This document shows, piece by piece, positions 1 to 12,968 of a stretch of DNA of 64,000 bases. Source of the DNA: Mobula birostris (lineage: Eukaryota); NCBI RefSeq assembly GCF_030028105.1, contig NC_092378.1:107559731-107623730 (forward strand). The letters run 5' to 3'. A program made the translations under genes and the position numbers. Below the pieces are notes generated by a model. It saw only the letters and a list, made by a program, of their open reading frames with translations, was not told where the DNA came from and did not search any database. The first letter of the stretch is position 1. Each line of letters opens with the position of its first letter.

Positions 1-409
1 CACCATGACCCCACCAACCTTCCTACAAGTTTGAAATGACAGCTGATAATGATGAGAGGCCATGACAACTTCTCCTATAAGATGAATCATCATGAACTTA
101 ATCTAAACCTCTGATGCCCAACCAGTGGTAGTGCAACCTGTGAGTGTACTTCAATGACACAGACAGCACAGACATTGACTAGACACTTCCATCACAATAA
201 TGAGGTAGGTCTCAAGAGATTACAGATGCTAGAATCTGCAGGCAAAGAACTGAGCTGGAGGTGGAACTCAGTGTGTCAAGCAGTGTTTGAAGAAGGAAAC
301 GGACAGTATGCATTTCTATCAAGACCATTATAAAGAAGTTTTTAGCCTAGCGTCTTGGTCTCAGAAATGTTTTGTTTATGAGATGCAGGATATCAGCTCC
401 ATCAGTGGG

Positions 410-2400
410 TTAAGATAAAGTCAGATGTGTAAGTGTTACAGTGGAGTAAAGGGAATTACAGAGACATGAGAGAGAAGCTGACCAAAGTAGATTACAAGGG
501 GACACTAACAGGGATGATGGCTGGAGATTCTGTGGGCAATTTAGAAGGCACAGGACAGATATATCCCAAATATGCAGAGTATTCTAAAAGGAGGATGAGG
601 CAGCCACGTTCAACAAGAGAAGTCAAAGTCCAAATGAAAGGAATAGAGAGAGCACGTAATATAACAAGTTGTATTAAGTTGGAGAATTGGGAAACTTAAA
701 AACTAACAGAAGGGAAGTGCAAAAAAAATATAAATAGTGAAAAACAGAAATATGAAGGTAAGTAGTTACTAATATAACAGAGGATACCACAGATTTTTAA
801 GATATATAATAAGTAAAAGAGAGTGGATATTGGACTGCTGGAGAAGAATGCTGGAGAGTTTGTAATTGGGGCTAAGAAATGGCTGAAGAACTTAATAAGA
901 TTTTTATGTCAGTCTTAAGCGTGGATTGAAACTAGTGAAAAAGAATCTCGGGGTTGTATGTAGTGACATGTATGTACTCTGATAATAAATTTTACTTTGA
1001 ACTTTGAACTTTTTCATTGTATGCCAGAAATATGAGTGCTGAGGGGAGAAGTGAGTGTAGTTCCTATTACTAAGGAGAAGGTGCTTGGGAATTTGAAAGA
1101 TCTGAAGGTAGATATGCCACCTGGACCAGATGAGCTTCCCCCAGTTCTGTAAGAGATAGATGAAGAGGTTATGGAGGCATTAGTAATTATCTTTCAAAAT
1201 TCTATCAGTCCCTCGAGTTGAACTCTGCTTTTTGTGTGTTTCCTCCTAGCTGTCAGCCTATGGTTTTGTATTGCCATGTGCTCCTGTCTCTGCTCCTGCT
1301 CTACTCCGGTCCCTGTATTACTGAGTACTTTGTGTCTCATCTGTTTCTCATTATTACCTGTATTGCTGCCACCTGTGTCCCATTGTGCTTCACCTATCAT
1401 CTGCCTTTGTTTATTGCTCAGTGTATTTCAGTCCTGTGTTTTCATCTGTTTGTTGTGAGATTGTGCCAGTGAATTTTCCTGATCCTTTCCAGCATTCGCA
1501 TCTGTCTGTCTGAATATTGAGTCTGCCTGTTTCCTGATTCCGGTTTTTGGATTTCTCTGGATGTTTTGATCTCTTCCTGAACTTTGATGCTGACTTTGTT
1601 TGAACCTTGGGATTTGTTACTCAATTAATACCACTGTGTGCACAGTACTGGATTGTGGTTAGATCCCTACTCCAGTGTCCTGGGAGATTTACTATATTCT
1701 GGAATTGTTCTAGAGAATTTGAAATACAAATTTCACTCCACACTTTAAGAAGGGAAGCAGAAGAAAGGAGATTATAGTCCAGTTATTCTGACCTCAGTAA
1801 TTGGAAAGCTGTTGGAGTACATTAATAAGGTTAAGGTCCCAGGGTACTTGAAGGTGAATGATAAAATTCACCAGAGTCATCATAGTTTTCTTAAGGTGAA
1901 ATCTTGCCAGACAAATCCGTTGGAATACTTTATGGAAATAATTGGCAACATGGATAAAGGACAGTCAGTAGATGTTGTTTATTTAGTTTTTCAGAAGGCC
2001 TTTGACAAAGTGCCACACATGAGGCTGCTTAACAAGATAACAGCCCATATAATTACAAGAAAGATATTAGCATTGATAGAAGATTGGCTTGCTGACTGAC
2101 AGGATGCTAAAGTGGGGGGGGGCGGTATAAAGGGGACCTCTTTTGATTAGCTGCCGGTTACTCGTGGTGTTCCATAGGGGGCATGTTGGGATCACTTCAG
2201 TGACTTGGATGTTGGGTAGAGGGCTTGTAGTGCTAAAGAAGCAGGGAGTCTGCAAAAGGAATTAGACAGTTTGGGAGATGGGTAAAGAAGTGGCAGATAG
2301 AACACAGTGCAGGGAAGTGAATGGCTGTGCACTTTGGTAGACAGTATACAGGCAAAGACTATTTTCTAAATGGTTAGAAACTTCAGATATCAGAGGTGCA
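410..2400 (+). mobile_element. Decayed CR1 LINE ORF2 fragments (paralog ~32915-34905)
   Basis: RT fragments such as DVVYLVFQKAFDKVPH and NYRPVSLTS in ORFs 1812..2099 and 34195..34578; many stops. Confidence 0.8.
1203..1688 (+). mobile_element. Putative solo LTR-like insertion inside CR1 (paralog ~33697-34176)
   Basis: A ~480-bp pyrimidine-rich block interrupts the CR1 frame. It ends in ...CCCTGACA in copy B and has repeated CACCTG, resembling fish Gypsy solo LTRs. No clear TSD. Confidence 0.35.
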
Positions 2401-2559
2401 TGCAAATGTAATAGTGCAAGGGAAGGTAATAAAAGAATGCACAATAGTGTTTCAGTTACAAAAAAAAATGTTCACTGCCGATGGACAATAAGGTGCAACT
2501 CTATAATGATGTAGGTTGTTAGATTGACAATTGATTGTGTATTGTAAGTAGGCTATTTC

Positions 2560-3090
2560 AGAGTTGCAAGTTTTAAGTTTGAAGTTAAAAATAAATTTAT
2601 TAACAGAGTACGTAAAGGTCACTATAGAAAACCTTGATTCATTTTCTTTTGGGCATACTTGGTAAATCCAAAAACCATAATAGAATCAATGAAAGATGCA
2701 ACCAATGTGCAAAAGATAACAAACTGTGCATATACAAAAATGAAAAAAAAACAAATAAGCAATAAGTATTGTAAGCATGAGATGAAGAATCCATAGGTTG
2801 TGGGTACTTTTCAGTGATGGGGCGAGTGAAGTTGAATGAAGTTAACTCCACTGGTTGAAGAGCATGTAGGTTGAGAGGTAGCAGTGTTCCTGAACATGGT
2901 GGTGGGGGTCCTGAGGCTTCTGTGCCTCCTTCCAGATGGTAGCAGTGGGATGAGAACATGACCTGGGTGATAGGGGTCCCTGATGATGGTTAATGCTTTT
3001 GTATGACTATGCACTGTGCTGATGTGTGGAATGGAGGAGACAGCTTTACCAGTAATGATCTGAGCCATATCCACTACTTTCATATCCTTT
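2560..3090 (-). mobile_element. Rex1/Babar-like LINE 3' fragment (paralog ~35060-35590)
   Basis: IIRDPYHPGH..LPSGRR motif followed by a 3' UTR with AATAAA and a short-repeat tail. Confidence 0.7.
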
Positions 3091-4418
3091 TATGGTCTTG
3101 TAGCAAATGCAATTAAAGCTATCCTTGAGCCTAATGGTACCTGCTTTTAGGCTTTTTGTGTCTCCTGCCTGATGGGATGGGGAGATAAGAGGGAATGTTT
3201 TGGCAAAGGCAATTGAAGTCTTTTTTTTACATTTAGTGTAAACCCTCACTTCTTATTCAATGTCTAAACACCTAATTCTAGCAATTCTTGTTACAGTTGG
3301 TATATTTATTTAGAAAGTGTGAGTGTTCAACTCCAGGTCCCACAAAATACATCCCATCCATCCCTTATATTCAGCTCTAAGATCCGGGCATAGAAGGGAT
3401 GTAATTGTGGTTCTTTCTCCATGGGTCACCATTTTCTGATTTACTCACAATTCTGAGACAGTGCAGGATCTTTTGCTGGCTACTGTCTGATTTACATCAT
3501 GCTCACAGGCAGTGTATCCAGATGAATATTGGTCAGTACTTTCCCTCTGTTCCTACAACTGCAGTCATTCCTGGCACCAGAGAATAACCAAGTGCTTCCA
3601 TTTCACGGTATCTCCTGTCTCAGAAAACAATTTTAAAAAGCTTAGCTTTATTTGTCACTAGGCCTCTGTTTACTTTCAACATAAGTCCTGTTTTCAGCAG
3701 TGAACTGTGACAGTGCCTCACAGTGATCTGTCCACGTTGGTCTGAGTGTGAAAGACCACAAGCAAAGCTATTGTGGACATTTTTCTTGTTTTAAAGTAGA
3801 CCGTTGTTGGATTTTCATTCCCTCCACCTTTAGTTTTACACTGAAAAATTGTATTACTTTATCGATTCTGTATGCTACAATACATTTTTTTTAGCAAAAG
3901 TGCGGGTGTTAGCTCAGTCATTAAATTTCTTTTATAAAATGTCCCGCTGAATGATAATTAGCTCATTACTCGGTGTAGGCAATCTTTATACATGAATCAA
4001 AACTACATGCTATTGTTGTATAATATTGGTCTAATATGGGATGGCGGTGGGAGAATCGGCGAGGCGTTAATGGATTGTGTGGAAGGATGGATACAGAAAA
4101 TATGAGAGCTTTCGAATTTCTTTGAAGACTTGCAGTTTGTCAATAGATTGAATGGCATCATATCTTGTTCTGAAATGTGAGAAATATGTGAGAAATTGAC
4201 TGTACCTTTCCCCATAGTACAGCATTAGTTTATTTCTAAAGTACTTCAGCAGATGAAAAATGATTTGACCTGTCCTGGGACAGTGAAAGGTCCTACAGCA
4301 CAATGTCTGCTTTTTAACAACAAACCATTGTTCATCTCAACATTGACCAAGTCAAAGATCTTTTAATTTTCATTCTCTAGAGATGAAGAGTTTACCTCTG
4401 TGACAGAAATATTGTTTC

Positions 4419-4424
4419 TTTATT
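4419..4424 (-). terminator. beta-1 polyadenylation signal AATAAA
   Basis: First AATAAA, about 200 nt downstream of the stop; conserved in beta-2. Confidence 0.65.
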
Positions 4425-4624
4425 GAGGAAAAGGGAATGTTTGCAGACATTTTCCAAACATTGAGGAAAATGACCATACAAGGAGGAGTATTGTGCCACC
4501 TTTACATTAGCATGACTTGAACCTGATGCTACACAGGTCCTTTAAGCAAAACACACATTGTAAATGCTGATAATACATGTTTTCATTGCATTTCTGAAGG
4601 TGGTGGAGGATGCAGGTTATAGAT

Positions 4625-5859
4625 TTAATGGTAGTTGCTGGAGAGAGCTTCTGTCACCAGTTTAAAAAACTTGTAGGCAGCTTCATGTTCCTCTGGTCCG
4701 AATCCTTTTTTATCACGAAGAGCGAGTTCAACAATGAAGGCCTGGCTGAGAAGCTGTGAAGAAAAACAATAATTATACAACACTGAAACTAAACTGGAAA
4801 GCAAAGCTCAAACCTCCAATGACTTCTTACCGAATAGCCCAGAAGTCCATGTTGTCCTCTGGGTCGATGTCAGTACTCAGTGGTGCAAACATATAAGTCT
4901 TTTCCCATATCCTTGCCTCATGTGCCCATCAAAGCCCTTTTGATTCTTTTTGACAAACAGTAGCTAATTAACCTGAAGGACAGCAAACTGGAGCAAACTC
5001 TCTACAGACAATACACAATGTGAGGATAATTTCAGCGTCCTTGGGGCAGTGAAGTCAAAAACAATTCTGCATCTGTTAGATGTTGAATAAAGGGAAATCA
5101 AAATCAACTCTCTGGAAAATTTCAAAAGGTCTGCCTTTTGCACAGTGAGCAGATGTGCTCTTTTTGCCTGCAGTTTAGTCCATGATGCTTGGTTGTCATG
5201 TTTGTTATAACTCTGTAATTGAGAAATATCTATAGCACTCCATTTATGAAAATTTGCACATCCTAGAAAGATTGGTGTTTACCTTGAAATTTTGAGTGTC
5301 CACTCCGATTGTTTGATGTTTACTGCTGAGATCATAGAAATTGGTTTCAATACTCTTCAAATCCTCAATTGCAGTGTTCAGAGCCTTCAGCACTTTGTCT
5401 GCATGAGCCTGAACACCAGGGTCACCGGCTGCAAAATGGCCATTGAAATTTTTAAATAGTCTGGTCGTCCAGGGATAGACCGCGAATACCCTAGGAAGAA
5501 AAAAACAAATTGTCCGGTTTCTGTTGTGATAACTTGGAGTTAATTAATTTCTCAAAGCTCATGATTTAGGACTTTTTGATCAAATAAAGAGTTGATTTTC
5601 TGTGGGTTTAACTAGAACCTCAGTGCAGTGTTGAATACTAATTCCCTCACCCAATGACAACATCTAGGCAAGCATAGCAAATTAAAGAGCCTTCACTGGA
5701 ACCATAGTTGAAAATACAGTGCATGATTTAAACATAAAACAGAAAATACATTTTCAACATACAGTACCTTGCCAAGGCTTGGGCAGTTATTGCTTTCTTA
5801 TCCAAATGGTCCCATTTGTTCATGATGTATTGTTCCTGAGCCTTTGTTAATTTCACCAT
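4625..5859 (-). CDS. hbb: Haemoglobin beta chain (copy 1), complement(join(4625..4753,5283..5490,5768..5859)), 142 aa
   Basis: Manual splice and translation gives [146 protein letters not shown] introns sit at canonical globin positions (phase 2, phase 0). It has the VYPWT motif, distal His60, proximal His89 and C-terminal YH. The short CD region (no D helix) is typical of chondrichthyan beta chains. Confidence 0.97.
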
Positions 5860-5929
5860 TTTGGCTGTTGAGCTCTCACTGTCACTGCTCACGCAAGAAA
5901 GCTGTGTTGATCTGGAGTTTTGCCTTCAC

Positions 5930-6005
5930 TTTTATAGGCTCTGAAATGGCTCATCTCAGGCTAAATCGTTACTGTAACAGGCTGATTACTTGATGGGTTG
6001 GGCAC
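5930..6005 (-). promoter_or_regulatory. beta-1 core promoter (TATAAAA 5930-5936; CCCAACCC box ~5995-6002)
   Basis: TATAAAA on the minus strand about 70 nt upstream of the ATG, at the same position as in beta-2. Confidence 0.75.
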
Positions 6006-9000
6006 ACTTTCCAAACGTGGGCTGCAACCCTTCTGTGTTTGTGTGTTAACACTTGCTGAACAATTGCTTGTCTGAGCCTCACTTCTGCCCATCCAACACG
6101 AAGAATAATTCTCCAATTTTGTCAAATATTAATTCAATACATTCATTTTCAAACTGTAGAACTCTCTCCTTGTTAATTGAAGTTCAGCTTTTACACTTTT
6201 TCATTAAATAATACTATTTTTCAAAAATTAATACATTTCTGATGTTGAAATTAAATCCATGACTATTATAATATAGCTTCACTAATGTTCTCATCTGTAA
6301 AGATATGGGATTGTAGCAATGGAAAACTTATGACAAACTTACATCAGTAAATTGAGACAAGATTATTTTGAAATACTGAGCTACAGCAATAATGTGCACT
6401 TCATGGTCCCTGGGGTCTTTCTGACTGATGACTCTGCTATCAAAGTTCACTGGGTAACTAATAGCAATTTGCATCGTCTGTGGGTAGTTTTATGAATTTG
6501 GTAAATGGACACATATGGACAAAGCTCTATTTCTGTTTTGCGTGTCCATTGAATAGAGAACCAGCCATGAGCATTCACGAATTACTGTAGGTGAAGTGTA
6601 AACATGAAAAGACCAATGAGGGAAAATGTGGGTTCACTACGAACAAAGATCGGAGACTTTATAATAGGAAATAATAAAATGGCAGAGGAACTAAACCAAT
6701 GTCTCCTGTCTGCTTAAGTATTGGATTTTCAATAGGCTTTCAATAAGGTTGTGTTCAGAAGATAAACAAGGACAGCTCACATAGAACTTGGGGGTCACTG
6801 TGTCCATTGAGAGTTGTTTAACAAATGGAAAACAGAGTAGAGAAACAGACCCCTCATGGATAGTCAGGCTGCAGCTAATGGGGTCCATCAGGGATCAGTG
6901 CTTTGACCCCAACATTTACAATGTCTGTTAACAGTTTATCTGAGAAGACCTGCTGTAACATTTCCAGATTTGCTGATGATAGAGAACTAATTGGGAATTT
7001 TCTGTTCAGACAGAACTAGAGTATGATATTCAATTCTGGTCACTCATCATTGGAAGGATGTGGAGGCCATGGGGAGGGTTCAGAAGAGGTTTACCAGTGT
7101 GCTGGCTGGATTGGAGGGAATGTGGTATAAGGACAGTGGACAGATGAGAGATGTTTTCACTGGAGTGGAAGAGGGGTAACCTGACAGAACTTTATAAAGT
7201 TATGAGAGGTTTCGATAGACTAGACAGCCAGTGTCTTATTGCCCAGGGTTCAAATGTCTACCACTGGAGGGCTGCATTTATCGTAAGACGGGGAAGTTCA
7301 ATAGGTTTTTTTTAACGGAGCGGTGAGTGTCGTTGCTGTGTTACCATGAGTGGTAGAAGAGGTAGATACGATAGAAGTGTTGAAGAGGCTCCCTGAAAGA
7401 CACATAAAGTGTACAGGGAATGAGGGATATGGATCACATGCAGGTAGAATGGATTAGATGTTGCTAGCTTAATTAGTTTGACTGAAGGGCCTTTTCCTGT
7501 CCTGTGTTGTTCTAGGTTCCAAAACCTTGGTGAAATAACAGAAATGCTATTGTACAAAATTTGATCTTTGCTTTCTAAAAAAGACATACTAGCTCTTAAG
7601 GTGAGCGCAAAGTTTCAAAGGACGGGTCAGAATATCAGATGTGGATGAAAAGCGCAGGTATAGATATAGCCACAAGTACAGCCTGAGCTGTTGAGTAATT
7701 CCAGCATTCTGTTTATGAGGTTTCCAGCATTTGCAAGTGGTTTTGATTGTCAGATGTGAGGGTGCTCACCACTGATAGCACAATGTTCAAATACATTTTC
7801 TACTCAGTAAATGAAGTAGCCCATGCCTTGATACAACAATCCTCATAAAACATTCTACTGTAAGTAGCCGGTATTATTCACATCAGGAAAGTACCAGGTA
7901 ACAACGATCTCCAACAAGATGTCATGCAGACATTGGTCCTTGTGTTCAAGAGCATTCTTATCATTGAGTCCCACCATCAACATCCTGGGCATCTCCACTG
8001 ACCAGGTTCCAAATTTGATCAGATACAGAACTACTCTGGGTGCGTGAACGGGGCAGACACTGGCTATGCAATAGCAAGAGACTCACTAATACCATGGTAA
8101 AAACTTTCCGACTTTCACCAAAGGTACAATTCTGCGTATGATAGAATACACCCCACTTGTCTGAATGAGGACGGCCCCATCAGCACAGAAGAAGCTGCTC
8201 ACCACCATCCACACTTACACACCAGCTTGCTTGAATGTTCCTCCATCAGCCATCCATGCACCCTGTCCTCTCCAGCCACTGCAGCAGTTGTTGCACAAAT
8301 CTGTCCACAACCCCAGCTTCAGCTGCTCTGCTTCTGTATTGTCCCTTTAAGAGACAAAACACAAGGGATCTATTGCTAAATTGATAAATCAGTTTGCTAT
8401 TGTCACATGTACTAAGATAGTCTGAAGCAATAACAGAATGCAGAATAAAGTGTTACTTTTACCAAGAAGATGCAGCGCAAGTTGACAATAAGTTTCAAGG
8501 CCACAATGAGGTAGATTGTGCAGTCGAGAGATCATCTCACTATGGTAATATTCAATACCCTTAGAACTGTGGGGTAGAAGCTGTCCTTGAGCCTACTTGC
8601 ATGTGCTTACAAGCATTTGTATTGTCTACCCTATGGGAGGATGAAGAAGAGAGCATGTCTGGGGTGAGTGGGGTCCTTAATTATGTTGGCTTCTTTAGCA
8701 AGGTGGCAAAAAATGTCGGTAGACTCCATGGAGAGGACGTTGGTTTTTGTTCTGTGCTAAATTTTGGTCACAACTCTGTATTTTCTGCTGATTATTGAGA
8801 GAACAGTTGCCACACCAACCTGTGATGCATTCTATGTTCTATCAATAAAAACTAGTGACGGTCGGATGGGACATGCCAGATTTCTGTAGCCTCCAGAAGA
8901 AACTGAGATTTCTTGGCCATGATGGAACTAGGAGCCTGTTGGTGATATTCACTCCTGGGAACTTGAAGCTCTCAACCTACTTGATCTCAACACCGATGAT

Positions 9001-9662
9001 ATAATCAGGTGTGTGTGCACCACCCACCCTCGTGAAGTCAATCACCAGCTCTTTTGTTTCACTGACATTGAGGGAAAGATTGTTGTCATGACAGAATGTT
9101 ATTAGACTCGTACTTTACTCAGCTTATTGTTACTTGAGATTCGGCTCACTGTGGTGGTATCATTTGTAATGATGGAGTTCGAGCAGAGCCTGACCACACA
9201 GTTGTGAGCGTACAGAGAGTAGAGTAGGGTATTGCTGATGAAGCCTTGTGGGGCACCAGTGTTGAGAATAAGGATGATGGAGGTAATGCTACCTACCCTT
9301 ACTGAGTGTGCTCTGTTGGTTAGGAAGTCAGGTTGTGAGCTGAAGACAGAGTAGTACTGTGAGATTGATGGACCTCTGTTCATGTGCTCATTCTGAAGCT
9401 GAAACAGCATGTTACAACTCTAGAGAGTCACCAGCATGATTTACAGTGGGACACATTACATACTGAGTCTATGTTTACTTGATTTAAATAACACTAGAGA
9501 GACATAGTTTACTAGTTTTGCACATGAAAATGCAGGAAAGGAATTTCTCAGAGTTGTTTCATTGTAAGTCAGAGGCTTTGCTTGGAGAAACTTCAGTGAG
9601 GAAGTTGACCAAGGGTCAGGTAAGATGAAGTGAGATCTTTTCCATCCGTCCATAGTCTTAGT

Positions 9663-9880
9663 AGCCGGCTGGTGGCGTAGTGGCATGAGCGCCGGACTTC
9701 GGAGCGAAGGCTCCCGAGTTCGAACTCAGCCGGCTCCCCAGGCACGCTTTCCATCTGTGCTGGGTTGAGCGTCAAGCTAGCAACTTGTAAAAAAAAATTG
9801 CCTGCTACAGAAACATCAACAGCAAAAAGTTGCTGGCCTATGCTCTCTCGTGAGTTTAGAAGGCAATTTCCTTTTCCTTC
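9663..9880 (+). mobile_element. tRNA-derived SINE with 10-bp TSD TAGTCTTAGT (9653-9662 / 9881-9890)
   Basis: Pol III A box TGGCGTAGTGG and B box GTTCGAACTC. The empty site TAGTCTCAGT is at 47281-47290 in copy B. Confidence 0.88.
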
Positions 9881-9964
9881 TAGTCTTAGTTGTTTAGGGA
9901 TGGCCGTCAGGACAGTTGTGCGTACACCCTGCAGAACGTGGAAGGTCAGGGAAACTTCCATGGT

Positions 9965-10826
9965 AACACACATCAAAGTTGCTGGTGAACGCAGCAGGCC
10001 AGGCAGCATCTCTAGGAAGAGGTACAGTCGACGTTATGGGCCGAGACCCTTCGTCAGGACTAACTGAAGGAAGAGCTAGTAAGAGATTTGAAAGTGGGAG
10101 GGGGAGGGGGAGATCCAAAATGATAGGAGAAGACAGGAGAGGGAGGGATGGAGCCAAGAGCTGGACAGGTGATTGGCAAAAGGGATATGAGAGGATCATG
10201 GGACAGGAGGCCCAGGGAGAAGGAAAATGGGGAGGGGTGTAAAACCCAGAGGATGGGCAAGGGGTATAGTCAGAGGGACAAAGGGAGAAAAAGGACAGTG
10301 AGAGAAAGAATGTGTGTATATAAATAAATAACGGATGGGGTACGAGGGGGAGGTGGGGCATTAGCGGAAGTTAGAGAAGTCAGTGTTCATGCCGTCAGGT
10401 TGGAGGCTACCCAGATGGAATATAAAGTGTTGTTCCTCCAACCTGAGTGTGGCTTCATCTTTACAGTAGAGGAGGCCGTGGATAGACATATCAGAATGGG
10501 AATGGGATGTGGAATTAAAATGTGTGGCCACTGGGAGATACTGCTTTCTCTGGCAGCCAGAGCATAGGTGTTCAGCAAAACAATCTCCCAGTCAGCATCG
10601 GGTCTCGCCAATATATAGAAGACTACATCGAGAAGACCGGACACAGTATATCACCCCAGCTGACTCACAGGTAAAGTGTCGCCTCACCTGGAAGGACTGT
10701 CTGGGGCGCTGAATGGTGGTAAGGGAGGAAGTGTAAGGGCATGTGTAGCACTTGTTCTGCTTACAAGGATAAGTGCCAGGAGGGAGATCAGTGGGGAGAG
10801 ATGGAGGGGACGAATGGACAAGGGAG
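9965..10826 (-). mobile_element. Penelope-like element 3' part (GIY-YIG endonuclease + 3' end) with 9-bp TSD TTCCATGGT
   Basis: Minus-strand translation FTCESAGVIYCVRSSRCSLLYIGETRC*LGDCFAEHL is GIY-YIG-like. TSD at 9956-9964 and 10827-10835; empty site at ~47357-47365. Confidence 0.88.
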
Positions 10827-12147
10827 TTCCATGGTTCCTGGTGATTATATCTGTGGGAGATGTGTTCAGTTGTGGTTCCTGACTGACTGCATAGAGTGAC
10901 TGGGGCTGTAGATGAAACAAAAGGATGAGATACTGCAGAGGGAATTGAGAGAGATGGGTAGAAAGTTAAAAAGTAGGAGCAGTAGGGTTATAATCCCTGG
11001 GTAACTCCATGTGCTGTGTTGTAGTGAAAAAGGGAATAGCAGGATAGGGCTGACGAATGTGGAGCTGATGAACTGGTGCAGGGCGACACACACCTCGAGA
11101 TGGTGGGATATCTTCCAGGACCGAGATCACTTTTACAAGAGGGACACATTGCAATAGGCTTCCTGATGGAGAAAATTGCTAGAATTACGTGAATGGATTT
11201 GAACAAGTTGAGCAGGATATGGATCCCAAAGTAGTTACGCAATCAATGAAAAAGCTGGAGTAAGTATAGAGGTTAAAGTGAAAAACTCCAGCCAGCAGGA
11301 GCAGGACAAAGAGCGAGGAAGGTCTGACAACCTAAACTGCAAGTAGCCTGATAGGCTGATGATTTCAGAGCACCTTTGGCATGTGGGATTGTGATATTAT
11401 ATCTCTTACAGAAACATGATACATTGAGTGGATATCATTTGTTTGGATTTTCAAAAAGCCTTTAACAAGGTCTGGCACACAATGCTGCTACTCTGGATAA
11501 GAGATAAAGTACAAGTATAGATAGAAATGTGGTTGATTGCCAGAAGTCAAAGATTGGGGATAAGATGGTGCTTTTCACAATGGCTGCTCGTAACTTTTGG
11601 AATTCCACAAGGGTCAGTGTTAGATTTCTGGCATTTCACCTTATACAATAATGATCTGGATGAAGAAAATTATGATGTTGTGGCTACATTTGATAAGTTG
11701 AAGAACAGGCAATATCCCAGAGACAGGAAGCCTGCAAAATGACCTGGAGAGGTTGGGAGGTTGGGCAAAGAATAAGCAGATGGAATGTAGAATAGGAAGT
11801 GTGGGGTTATACACATTGGTAGGAAGAACAAAAGACTATTTTGTAAATGAGGAGAAAATTCAGAAAGCAGAGGTGTAAAGTTACTTGCGATTCCTAATCC
11901 TGAATTCCCTCAAGGTTAATTTACAGGTTGAGTTAATAGCAAACAAGACAAGTGCAATATTAACATTCATTTTGGGAGGATTAGAATATAAAAACAGATA
12001 CGTAATGCTGAGGCTTTATAGTCATGCAGAATGATGCAAGAACCTCAGGCACATATATGTATAGCTAGGGTGTCAAAGGCTTTTGCAAAGGACTGTATTT
12101 CTCAATAAGGAGCAGAGAGCAAGTTTGTGGATCTCGAGGAACTAATA

Positions 12148-12968
12148 TCAGAATTAGAATCAGGTTTATTGTCACCAGCATGAGAAGTGAAATTTGTTAA
12201 CTCAGCGGCAGCAGTTCAATGCAATACATAATCTAGTGGGGGAAAAAGAATAATAATAAATAAAATTTTAAAAAATAAACAAATAAATCAATTACGTATA
12301 TTAAATTCATTTTTTAAAAACATGCAAGAACAGAAATACTGTGCATTTTTTTAAAAAGTGAGGTAGTGTTCAAAGATTCAATGTCCATTTAGGAATCGGA
12401 TGGCAGAGGGGAAAAAGCTGTTCCTGAATTGCTGAGTGTGTGCCTTCAGGCTTCTGTACCTCCTACCTGATGGTAACAGTGAGAAAAGGGCATGCCCTGG
12501 GTGCTGGAGGTCCTTAATGATGGACACTACTTTTCTGAGACACCGCTCCCTCAAGATGTCCTGGGTACTTTGTAAGCTAGTACCCAAGATGGAGCTGACT
12601 AGGTTTACAACCTTCTGCAGCTTCTTTTGGTCCTGTGCAGTAGCCCCTCCATACCAGACAGTGATGCAGCCCGTCAGAATGCTCTCCACGGTACAACTGT
12701 AGAAGCTTTTGAGTGTATTTGTTGAATTGCCAAATCTCTTCAAACTCCTAATAAAGTATAGCCACTGTCTTGCCTTCTTCATAACTACATCAATATGTTG
12801 GGACCAGGTTAGATCCTCAGAGATCTTGACACCCAGAAACTTGAAGCAGCTCACTCTCTCCACTTCTGATCCCTCTATGAGGATTGGTATGTGTTCCTTC
12901 GTCTTACCCTTCCTGAAGTCCACAATCAAGTCTTTCGTTTAACTGACGTTGAATGACAGGTTGTTGCT
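12148..12968 (-). mobile_element. Rex1/Babar-like LINE 3' fragment, copy A only
   Basis: ORF 12378..12929 (IVDFRK..FKFLGV..LYFIRSL..HPGH..LPSGRR) with a TCTGAT-type tail; absent at ~48480 in copy B. Confidence 0.8.

Noticed and set aside
1194-1472. Cys-rich hydrophobic small ORFs (also 33731-34059)
   Set aside because: They lie within a TG/TC-rich LTR-like repeat, and starts and lengths are not conserved between the copies.
9663-9740. tRNA gene
   Set aside because: The tRNA-like head continues into a SINE body and is bounded by a TSD with an empty paralogous site.
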